DNA of 31,018 nt from an uncultured Janthinobacterium sp. (GTDB taxonomy: Bacteria; Vulcanimicrobiota; Vulcanimicrobiia; Vulcanimicrobiales; Vulcanimicrobiaceae): the NCBI GenBank assembly GCA_964658025.1, contig CAZZXB010000016.1:1-31018 (forward strand), read 5' to 3'. Of the stretch, positions 16,115-24,075 are shown piece after piece. A program made the translations under genes and the position numbers. The stretch's first letter is position 1; each line of letters starts with the position of its first letter. The notes under the pieces are model-generated. The model was not told where the DNA came from. It saw only the letters and a list, made by a program, of their open reading frames with translations, and did no database searches.

Positions 16115-17515
16115 GTGGAGCGAAGGTTCGACGTGCTCGTGATCGGGGGCGGAAATGCGGGGTGCGCGGCCGCGCTCGCCGCGGCGCGGCACGGCGCGCG
16201 AACGTTGCTCGTCGAGCGGTACGGATTTCTCGGCGGAACGGCGACGGCGGCGATGGTCGGTCCGTGGATGACGTTCCACGCGGGTTCCGATCGGATCGTC
16301 GGCGGCATCGCGCAAGAGATCGTCGAGCGACTCGTCGCCCGCGGCGGTTCGCAGGGCCACATCGGCGACGCCTCCGATTACGTGCCGACGATCACGCCGT
16401 TCGATCCCGAGATCCACAAGGCATTATTGTTCGAGATGATGCGCGAGAGCGGCGTTCGATTATTGCTTCACGCGCTCTTCCTCGAAACGATCGTCGATCC
16501 GCGGACGCGGGCGGTCCGCGGCGCGCGCGTCGCGACGGTCGCGGGGATCCGCGAGTACGAAGCGACCGTGACGATCGACGCGTCGGCCGACGCGTACGTC
16601 GCCGCGTCGGCCGGCGTCGAGATGCGGGCGGGCGACGCGAAGGGTCGGGTGCAACCCGCGAGCCTCATGTTCCGGCTCAGCCACGTCGACCTCGCGGAAA
16701 CCGCGCGCTACGTACGCGATCGCGAAGGCGAGATGCGCACGAGCCTCGCGCCCGAAGCGCGCGACGCCGCATCGCTCACCGCGGTCGCGGGCTTGCGGAC
16801 GCTGTGGGACGCGGCGCGCGCGCGCGGCGACGTGACGGTGCCGCGCGAGCTCGTCTCGTTTTTCATCTCGCCGTATCCCGACGAAGTGAGCGTGAACATG
16901 ACGCGCGTGACGGACGTCGATCCGCTCGATCCCGACGACCTCACGCGTGCGGAGATCGAGGCCCGCGGTCAGGTGACGGAATTACTCGCGTTCTTCCGGC
17001 GCGACGTGCCCGGGTTCGCGAATGCCCGGATCGCCGCGACGGGGACGCAGATCGGCATCCGCGAGTCGCGTCGGATCGTCGGGGCGTACACGCTCACGGC
17101 CGACGACGTGCTCGGCTCGAAGACGTTCGACGACGCCGTCGCGCGGAGCGCCTATCCGATCGACATCCACAATCCGACGGGCGCGGGGACGGTCACGCAT
17201 CGGCTTCCGCCGGGCGAGAGTTACGAGATCCCGTATCGCTGTCTCGTCCCCGAACGCGTCGACGGATTGCTCGTCGCGGGGCGTTGCATCTCGACGACGC
17301 ACGAAGCGCACGCGTCGACGCGTCTCACCCCGACGGTGATGACGCTCGGCCAGGCGGCGGGGACGGCCGCGGCGATCGCGGTGCGCGAGGACGTCCGTCC
17401 GCGCGACGTCGACGCCGCGCGCCTTCGCGTCGACTTGGAACGCGACGGCGTCGACCTTCGCAGGCCCGTCGCGGCGGCCACGCACGCCGACGCCGCGCGC
17501 TCGCCGCGCGCGTGA
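16115..17515 (+). CDS. FAD-dependent oxidoreductase (FAD_oxidored/PF12831-like)
   Basis: DVLVIGGGNAG, ERYGFLGG, IDASADA, IGIRESRRI, YPIDIH, YEIPYRCLVP, LLVAGRCIS and GQAAG motifs. Confidence 0.92.
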   Translation: MERRFDVLVIGGGNAGCAAALAAARHGARTLLVERYGFLGGTATAAMVGPWMTFHAGSDRIVGGIAQEIVERLVARGGSQGHIGDASDYVPTITPFDPEIHKALLFEMMRESGVRLLLHALFLETIVDPRTRAVRGARVATVAGIREYEATVTIDASADAYVAASAGVEMRAGDAKGRVQPASLMFRLSHVDLAETARYVRDREGEMRTSLAPEARDAASLTAVAGLRTLWDAARARGDVTVPRELVSFFISPYPDEVSVNMTRVTDVDPLDPDDLTRAEIEARGQVTELLAFFRRDVPGFANARIAATGTQIGIRESRRIVGAYTLTADDVLGSKTFDDAVARSAYPIDIHNPTGAGTVTHRLPPGESYEIPYRCLVPERVDGLLVAGRCISTTHEAHASTRLTPTVMTLGQAAGTAAAIAVREDVRPRDVDAARLRVDLERDGVDLRRPVAAATHADAARSPRA

Positions 17516-17868
17516 ACGCGAACGGGACGCGCGTCGAGATCGCGGATCTCGGCGACTGGGGCGCGAGCGCGTTGCTCTCCGAGTACGACGCCGAAGACGA
17601 CGTGATCCGCATCGACGCGCGCGCGATCGCGGCGATCCGCGCGGCGGGCGGCGACGCGGAGGTCGACCGGTTCGTGGCATGCGCGATCGCGCACGAGTCG
17701 TTCCATCGGTCGCATCCCGATGCGAGCGAAGCGCGAGCGCACGCACACGCACGCGAGACGACCGGCACCGATCCGCGCGCGTTCGAGCGAATCGTGTGCC
17801 GCGTGGCCGAACCGTTTCGGTTCGCGGGCGCGCGTGTCGCGAAGCGCGCGTCCGGCGACATGCCGTGA
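17512..17868 (+). CDS. Small hypothetical protein with HExxH (zincin-like) motif
   Basis: 118 aa, GTGA overlaps at both ends. EYD...IRID...IAHESFH...EARAHAHA pattern. Confidence 0.7.
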   Translation: MNANGTRVEIADLGDWGASALLSEYDAEDDVIRIDARAIAAIRAAGGDAEVDRFVACAIAHESFHRSHPDASEARAHAHARETTGTDPRAFERIVCRVAEPFRFAGARVAKRASGDMP

Positions 17869-18773
17869 CGATCTTCGCGGGCATCGACGGGGGCCAGAGC
17901 TCGACGATCGCGCTCCTGGTCGACGAAGGCGGCCGCGAGCTCGGGCGCGGTCTCGGTCCGCCCGCGGACACGGCCCGCGCGGAGATGGATCTCGCCCGGC
18001 AGGCGGACGCGCTCGACGTCGCGATCGATGCGGCGCTCGCCGCCGCGTCGCTCGCGCCGGAGACGCGGATTCACGCGCTCGTCGCCGGAATCAGCGGACA
18101 CGATCCCGGATCGCCGGCACCGCGCGTGCGCGACCGCGTCGCCACGACGCGCTTCGTGCACGATGCCGAGATCGCGCACGCGGGAGCGCTCGGCGGCGCG
18201 CCCGGAATCGTCGTCGTCGCGGGGACGGGAAGCGTCGCGCTCGGTACGGCCGACGGGTGCGGATTCGTCCGCGCCGGCGGTTGGGGTTATTATTTCGGTG
18301 ATGAAGGGAGTGCCGTCGCGATCGCGCGGAACGCACTCGCCTGCGCGATGCGTCGCTCCGATCGCGGCGAACGCTCGCGTCTCGAGCACCTGGCGCTCCG
18401 CGCGTTCGGCGCGGAACACCTGCGCGAGTTGCAACGCGCCTTCGCGACGGGTCGTCTCGACCGGCCCGCACTGGCCGGCTTCGCGATCGACGTGCTCGCC
18501 TGCGCGACTTCCGACGGCGACCCGGACGCGATCGCGATCCGCGATCGCGGCGCCGCCGACCTCACCGATCTCGTGGCGACCGTCGACGCTCGCCTCGCGG
18601 CGGCCCCGGAGCGCATCGTCTCGTACGCGGGCGGGATGTTCCGCGACGCGCCGTTCGCGGCCGCATTCTCGGATTCGGTCGCCGCCCGACTCCCGCACGC
18701 GACCGTCCGGCCGCCCGCCGGCGACGGTGCGTGCGGCGCCGCACGGATGGCCCGCAAAATGGGCGGCGCGTGA
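17865..18773 (+). CDS. BadF/BadG/BcrA/BcrD-type N-acetylhexosamine kinase (NagK/MurK-like)
   Basis: GIDGGQSST, HDAEIA, VAGTGS and RAGGWGYYFGDEGSA motifs. Confidence 0.9.
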   Translation: MTIFAGIDGGQSSTIALLVDEGGRELGRGLGPPADTARAEMDLARQADALDVAIDAALAAASLAPETRIHALVAGISGHDPGSPAPRVRDRVATTRFVHDAEIAHAGALGGAPGIVVVAGTGSVALGTADGCGFVRAGGWGYYFGDEGSAVAIARNALACAMRRSDRGERSRLEHLALRAFGAEHLRELQRAFATGRLDRPALAGFAIDVLACATSDGDPDAIAIRDRGAADLTDLVATVDARLAAAPERIVSYAGGMFRDAPFAAAFSDSVAARLPHATVRPPAGDGACGAARMARKMGGA

Positions 18774-19444
18774 TCGTCCGCGAACGCCTCGCGGGCGGCC
18801 TCATCGTCTCCGTTCAGACGAGCGCGACCTCGCCGCTCGCCGGGTCCGATACGATCGCCCTGCTCGCCAGATGCGCCGAGCAAAACGGCGCGCTCGGCGT
18901 CCGGATCGAGGGCGCCGAGCGCATTCGGGCCGTGCGCGCGGCCGTCGCCCTTCCGATCGTCGGAATCGTCAAACGCGAGCATCCGGGGTTCGCGCCCTAT
19001 ATCACCTCGTCGCTCCCCGAAGTCGACGAGGTCGCGGAGGCGGGAGCCGATATCGTCGCGTTCGACGCGACGCTCCGTCCGCATCCGGACGGCGCGACCG
19101 TGGAGGCGCTCGTCGCCCGCGCGCACGAGCGAGGGCTCCTCGCCATGGCCGACTGCGCGGACGAAGCCGACGCGCGCGCGGCGACGCGGGCGGGTGCCGA
19201 CGTCGTCGCGACGACGCTCGCCGGATACACGGACGCGACGTCGGGTCGCGAGCTCCCGGCGCTCGATCTCGTCGCGCGGATCGCGAGCCTCCATCCCTTC
19301 GCCGTTTGCGAAGGAGGAATCGCGGACGCGCGACGGGCAAGCGCGGCCTTCGGCGCCGGTGCCAGAGCGATCGTCGTGGGCACGGCGATCACGAACGTCG
19401 ATGCGCTCGTGCGGAGGTTCGTCGCCTCGACGCCGAACGGCTGA
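18770..19444 (+). CDS. nanE: N-acetylmannosamine-6-phosphate 2-epimerase
   Basis: GGLIVSVQ, PIVGIVKR (catalytic Lys), YIT, DAT.R, MAD, TTLAGYT, EGGI and VVGTAIT motifs. Confidence 0.93.
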   Translation: MIVRERLAGGLIVSVQTSATSPLAGSDTIALLARCAEQNGALGVRIEGAERIRAVRAAVALPIVGIVKREHPGFAPYITSSLPEVDEVAEAGADIVAFDATLRPHPDGATVEALVARAHERGLLAMADCADEADARAATRAGADVVATTLAGYTDATSGRELPALDLVARIASLHPFAVCEGGIADARRASAAFGAGARAIVVGTAITNVDALVRRFVASTPNG

Positions 19445-19452
19445 TACCATAA

Positions 19453-19512
19453 GCATCGCGGATGATGCATACTTTCCGTTAAAATGGCTTCGATACGCCC
19501 GTTTCGCGGGCG
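19453..19512 (+). promoter_or_regulatory. Putative cox operon promoter: GCATC-N6-GATGC palindrome, -10 TAAAAT (19480-19485) and 5'UTR hairpin (19496-19512)
   Basis: AT-rich patch in a GC-rich background. Stem cgcccg-tttcg-cgggcg. RBS GAAGGAG at about 19535-19541. Confidence 0.5.
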
Positions 19513-19546
19513 GAACGTCGCACCGACCCCCGTTGAAGGAGCTCCC

Positions 19547-20650
19547 TTGGCACAGCACGCGGCACCGCAGAAGGTCGATTTGGGACCGGGCTTTTGGCCC
19601 GTCACGATCGTCCTCACGGTCCTCAATGTGATCGTGTCCTACGTCATCGTCATCTTTCCGTTCGCGAAGCTCTTCGGCTTCATGGGCGAGCCCGCGGGCG
19701 ACATCGACTGGCTGTTCAATTTCATGTCGATCGTCGGCAACGCGATCTTCGTGTACGTCAGCGGATACCTGATCTATTTCTCGGTCGTCTGGCGGCGCAA
19801 GGCGACCGACGGTCCCGACGCGATCGGGATCCAGGTCCACGACTCGCCGAAACTCGAGCTGTGGTGGACGATCATCCCCGCGATCCTCGTCGCGATCATC
19901 GGCGTCTTTTCGGTCCGGATCTGGTCGAACTTACAGAACGCGCAGGGCGACGTCCTGACGACCGAGGCGATCGGGCATCAGTTCAACTACGAGTTCCGCT
20001 ATCCGAAACTCAAGGCGTCGGTGTACGACGAGTTCCATCTCCCGGTCAACGTCCCGGTGACGCTCAACGTCACGTCGGTCGACGTCCTGCATTCGTTCTG
20101 GATGCCGGAGATGCGCATCAAGGCCGACATGGTTCCCGGCCTCGTCCAGACCCTGCGATTCACGCCGCAGAACATCGGCACGTATCGGATCGTCTGCACG
20201 GAATTCTGTGGGACGAATCACGCGAACATGGCGGGGAAGATCGTCGTGCAGAGCAAGGCCGATTTCGACGCGTGGCTCACGAAGCAGGCGTCGATGCCCG
20301 CGGGTGGCGCGCAGGTCGACGTCGCCATGGGCAACGTCGCCGCCGGCCAAAAGCTGTTCGCGCAGAAATGCACCGCGTGCCATCAGATCGCGCCGTTCAA
20401 CCAGAAGATCGTGGGACCGGGTCTCGGGAAACTCGCGACGGACCCCGATCATCCAAAACTCGTGACGGGCGATAGCGTCGACGCCAAAGGCATCGCGCAC
20501 ATCCTCGTCAATGGATATCAGGGTCCGGACATGTCGGACGGTAAGAGCGGCCCGTCGCTCGGCGTCATGCCGAACCAGCAAGCGAACGGGCTCAGCGGCA
20601 AGGACGTCGCCGATCTCGCCACCTACGTTTTAAGCCTGAGTAAGAAGTGA
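19547..20650 (+). CDS. ctaC: Cytochrome c oxidase subunit II with fused cytochrome c (caa3-like)
   Basis: TTG 19547 after GAAGGAG. LELWWTIIP, DVLHSF, CuA motif CTEFCGTNHANM, C-terminal heme c motif CTACH and MP. Confidence 0.95.
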   Translation: MAQHAAPQKVDLGPGFWPVTIVLTVLNVIVSYVIVIFPFAKLFGFMGEPAGDIDWLFNFMSIVGNAIFVYVSGYLIYFSVVWRRKATDGPDAIGIQVHDSPKLELWWTIIPAILVAIIGVFSVRIWSNLQNAQGDVLTTEAIGHQFNYEFRYPKLKASVYDEFHLPVNVPVTLNVTSVDVLHSFWMPEMRIKADMVPGLVQTLRFTPQNIGTYRIVCTEFCGTNHANMAGKIVVQSKADFDAWLTKQASMPAGGAQVDVAMGNVAAGQKLFAQKCTACHQIAPFNQKIVGPGLGKLATDPDHPKLVTGDSVDAKGIAHILVNGYQGPDMSDGKSGPSLGVMPNQQANGLSGKDVADLATYVLSLSKK

Positions 20651-20663
20651 GCATGGAGGACGT

Positions 20664-22364
20664 ATGGCAGTAGCTGCCGCCCACGCCGGCGGGCACGTCG
20701 GGCACGCCGACCACATCCACCCCGAGCCGCAAGGCATCGTCGCGAAGTACATCTTCTCGATCGACGCCAAGATCATCGGCGTTCAGTACATGATCGCGGG
20801 TCTGCTGTTCTTCATCATCTCGGGACTGCTCGCGGAACTCATCCGCGCGCAGTTACTCACGCCCAACGGCGCGATCGGCATCTCGAACGACACGTACAAC
20901 GGAATCTATTCGTTGCACGGCTCGGGGATGGTCTGGATGGTCATCATCCCGCTCATCACCGGCGGCTTCGGGAACTACGTCATGCCGCTACAGATCGGCG
21001 CGCGCGACGTCGCGTTTCCGTGGCTCAATCTCGCCGCGTTTTGGATGTATCCGGTCGCGGCCGTGATCCTGTTCAGCTCGTTCCTCATCGGCGCGCCCGA
21101 TGCCGGATGGACCGAGTATCCGCCGATCTCCCTCCAGGGACCGCCCGGAACCTCGATGTGGTGCGTCGCGATCTTCTTGATCGGCATCAGCTCGACGCTC
21201 ACCGGCATCAACTTCCTCGTCACGATCCTCAAGATGCGCGCGCCGGGCATGACGTTCACGCGCATGCCGCTCTTCGTGTGGGCGTCGCTCGCGACGGCGA
21301 TGCTCAACATGGTCGCGACGACGGCGCTCGCCGGGGCGTTGCTCGCGCTCTTCCTGGAGCGTCAGTTCGGCGTGCCGTTCTACGATCCGGCGCGCGGCGG
21401 CAGCCCGTTGCTCTGGCAGCACATGTTCTGGTTCTACTCGCACCCGGCCGTCTACATCATGATCTTGCCCGCGTTCGGCATCATCTCCGAAGTGTTCCCG
21501 ACGTTCGCGCGTAAGCCGATCTTCGGGTACAAGATGATCGCGTTCTCGTCCATCGCGATCGCGCTCCTCGGCTTCATGGTGTGGGCGCACCACATGTTCG
21601 TCGCCGGCATGGCGCCGTGGCTGCAGTTGCCGTTCATGATCCTCACGATGATCATCGCGATCCCGACGGGGATCAAGATCTTCTCGTGGCTCGCGACGCT
21701 CTGGGGCGGAAAGATCGAATTCCATCCCGCGATGCTCTTCGCGATCGGGTTCATCTCGACGTTCACGTTCGGCGGGATCACGGGCGTCTTCTTGAGCGCC
21801 GTGCCGTTCGACTACTTCGCGAACGGATCGTACTTCGTCGTCGCCCACATCCACTACGTGCTCTTCGGCGGCTCGGTGTTCGGCATGTACGCCGGCCTCT
21901 ATTATTGGTGGCCGAAGATCACCGGGCGCATGATGGACTACAAGCTCGGTCAGATCCACTTCTGGGTGACGTTCCTGTCCTTCAACGTGACGTTCTTGCC
22001 GATGCACTGGCTCGGACTCGAAGGCATGGCGCGTCGCGTCGCGGATTACAAACTCTATCCGCAGTTCCAAGCGTGGAACGTCGTCGCGTCGATCGGTTCG
22101 TTCGTCCTCGCGCTCTCGACGCTCATCGTGATCTACAACATGGTCTGGAGCCTCACCAAGGGCAAGCGCGCGCCCGCGAATCCGTGGAACGCGCGGACGC
22201 TCGAGTGGCAGATCAGCTCGCCGCCGCCGTACTACAACTTCAAGACGATCCCGGCGGTGCTCAAGAATCCGTACGACTTCGGCGAGCCGCTGCCGTACGT
22301 CGGACTCGACAACGAGAGAAGTTCGAACGGCGTCCCGAGCGCGCCGACGCCCGCCCACGCCTGA
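20664..22364 (+). CDS. ctaD: Cytochrome c oxidase subunit I (A2 type)
   Basis: WFYSHPAVY, WAHHM, PTGIK, AHIHY and GMARR motifs. RBS GGAGGA. Confidence 0.97.
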   Translation: MAVAAAHAGGHVGHADHIHPEPQGIVAKYIFSIDAKIIGVQYMIAGLLFFIISGLLAELIRAQLLTPNGAIGISNDTYNGIYSLHGSGMVWMVIIPLITGGFGNYVMPLQIGARDVAFPWLNLAAFWMYPVAAVILFSSFLIGAPDAGWTEYPPISLQGPPGTSMWCVAIFLIGISSTLTGINFLVTILKMRAPGMTFTRMPLFVWASLATAMLNMVATTALAGALLALFLERQFGVPFYDPARGGSPLLWQHMFWFYSHPAVYIMILPAFGIISEVFPTFARKPIFGYKMIAFSSIAIALLGFMVWAHHMFVAGMAPWLQLPFMILTMIIAIPTGIKIFSWLATLWGGKIEFHPAMLFAIGFISTFTFGGITGVFLSAVPFDYFANGSYFVVAHIHYVLFGGSVFGMYAGLYYWWPKITGRMMDYKLGQIHFWVTFLSFNVTFLPMHWLGLEGMARRVADYKLYPQFQAWNVVASIGSFVLALSTLIVIYNMVWSLTKGKRAPANPWNARTLEWQISSPPPYYNFKTIPAVLKNPYDFGEPLPYVGLDNERSSNGVPSAPTPAHA

Positions 22365-22388
22365 TCCCGCACGCTCAGAAAGAGAACG

Positions 22389-23027
22389 ATGGCCGCCAAC
22401 GTCAGCGCGCTGAATGCGTCGCACGAAGCCGTAGCGATCCGCTACGACGAAGTCGATCCCGTGTATCGCGATACGCGCGATATGCGGTTGCTCGGCTTCG
22501 TGCTGTTCCTCATCTCCGACGTCGTGCTCTTCTCGGCGTTCATCTTCGCATACGTCTACTTACGCAACTCGGTGCCGAATTGGCCGCCGATCACGAAATC
22601 GGGTCATCAGCTTCCGCGCTTCGACGTCGCGTTCGCGGCGATCAACTCGTGCGTGCTGTTCGGATCGGGTGCCACGATGCACTTCGCGATGGAGAGCTGG
22701 AAGCACCTCAAACGCCAGGCCTTCAACGTGTGGATGATGGCCACGATCGTGCTCGGCGTCGCGTTCCTCGGCGGTCAGGCCTACGAGTATCACAACGCGC
22801 AAGTCACGTGGGCGGGCTCGACGATGGGCGCCACGTTCTTCACGCTGACGGGCTTGCACGGATTCCACGTGTTCGCGGGCGTGATCTATCTGCTCGTGCT
22901 CTTACTGCAAGCCAATCGCGGCGTCTACACGGGCTCGAAGTATTTCGGATTGACGGCCGGAACGCTGTACTGGCATTTCGTCGACGTCATCTGGGTCGCA
23001 CTGTTCTTTCTGTTCTATCTCTGGTAG
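22389..23027 (+). CDS. ctaE: Cytochrome c oxidase subunit III
   Basis: FLISD..LF, GQAYEY, FFTLTGLHGFHV and YWHFVDVIW motifs. Confidence 0.95.
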   Translation: MAANVSALNASHEAVAIRYDEVDPVYRDTRDMRLLGFVLFLISDVVLFSAFIFAYVYLRNSVPNWPPITKSGHQLPRFDVAFAAINSCVLFGSGATMHFAMESWKHLKRQAFNVWMMATIVLGVAFLGGQAYEYHNAQVTWAGSTMGATFFTLTGLHGFHVFAGVIYLLVLLLQANRGVYTGSKYFGLTAGTLYWHFVDVIWVALFFLFYLW

Positions 23028-23033
23028 AGGGCT

Positions 23034-23231
23034 ATGGGCGCAACTGCAGCTATCGAAAAATCCATCGCCTTCGTCTTGGCGATCCTCGTCGGCGGAACGA
23101 CGTCGATCCAACTCGCGAAGGATTGGAAGTCGCGTGGTCTCGATAACGACGTCACGAAGATCCTCCTCGGGCTCATGGCCTTCGGCTGCGTTCTCGTGAT
23201 CCTCGCCGCCGTCGGCGTGTTCGGAGCGTAG
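23034..23231 (+). CDS. Small two-TM membrane protein in the cox operon
   Basis: 65 aa, two hydrophobic segments, RBS-like GAGG, 6 bp after ctaE. Confidence 0.65.
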   Translation: MGATAAIEKSIAFVLAILVGGTTSIQLAKDWKSRGLDNDVTKILLGLMAFGCVLVILAAVGVFGA

Positions 23232-23234
23232 CGC

Positions 23235-23462
23235 GTGGAGGACACGCACGGAGAGCACACGCGCGGGTTCACGGAAGACGGCCACGAGGTCGTCATCCCG
23301 GTTTCGGCCGGCATCCCGCCGATCATCAAGATCTCCGCGGTCGTGGGGATCATCCTGATCTTCATCGTCGCGAGCCTCGTCCTGACCAACAGCGGATTCG
23401 GTCACGTCTGGCCGTCATCCGATTCGCCGAAGATCCTGCTCAAGGACTCGAACGGCTCGTAG
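23235..23462 (+). CDS. Small one-TM membrane protein in the cox operon
   Basis: 75 aa, His/acidic N-terminus and one TM helix. GGAG before GTG, 3 bp after the previous ORF. Confidence 0.65.
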   Translation: MEDTHGEHTRGFTEDGHEVVIPVSAGIPPIIKISAVVGIILIFIVASLVLTNSGFGHVWPSSDSPKILLKDSNGS

Positions 23463-23480
23463 CCGCTCGGCCGGCTACGA
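23457..23480. terminator. Perfect 9-bp hairpin containing both convergent stop codons
   Basis: tcgtagccg-ctcggc-cggctacga. Confidence 0.45.
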
Positions 23481-24062
23481 CCGGGGAGCGTTCATCCCGA
23501 CGGCCGTCGGGGTCATCGAATCGGGAAGCAACCCGGTCGAACGCCCGTCGATGCGGTGGATACCGCCGTCGTAGCTGAACTCGATGAGCGCGGGGCGCAT
23601 GCTGTCCGGGATCGCGGTCTCGCCGCGCGTCGACCATTCGGCGAGCGCGTGCCGCTCTTCGTTCAGGACCGCGACGTAGCCGTTCGAGTCGGCCTCCGTC
23701 TCGCGATCGGGTCGGCGGTAACGCAGATAGCCGTCGACGATGAAGATCGGCGAGAACGTCGAGAGGATCGCGCGAACGGGCGCCACGAGCAAGAGGACGG
23801 CGTACGCCAGAAACGCCGCCGCGGCCAAGCCGAAGATCGGCGCGATGATCACGGCCGATTCGTACCGGCGCAGATGGGCCGACGCCGGTAACGGGAAGAA
23901 GATGAGGGCTATGGTCAGGGCGCCGAAAACGGTGAAACAGATGCAGGGTTCGATCGCGATGAGCAGCCGTCCGAAGAGGCCGCTGAGCACGACGCTGCGT
24001 TCGCGCGGCGTCCACGCGCGGCGCACGAGTGACGAGTCGACCTCGCGCGCTTTCGACGTCAT
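23475..24062 (-). CDS. Hypothetical membrane protein (two TM helices plus soluble C-terminal domain)
   Basis: MTSKAREVDSSLVRRAWTPRER..., two TM helices, then PIFIVDGYLRYR. Start assigned to ATG 24062. Confidence 0.7.
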   Translation of the reverse strand: MTSKAREVDSSLVRRAWTPRERSVVLSGLFGRLLIAIEPCICFTVFGALTIALIFFPLPASAHLRRYESAVIIAPIFGLAAAAFLAYAVLLLVAPVRAILSTFSPIFIVDGYLRYRRPDRETEADSNGYVAVLNEERHALAEWSTRGETAIPDSMRPALIEFSYDGGIHRIDGRSTGLLPDSMTPTAVGMNAPRS

Positions 24063-24075
24063 GCGAATTTTTTCG

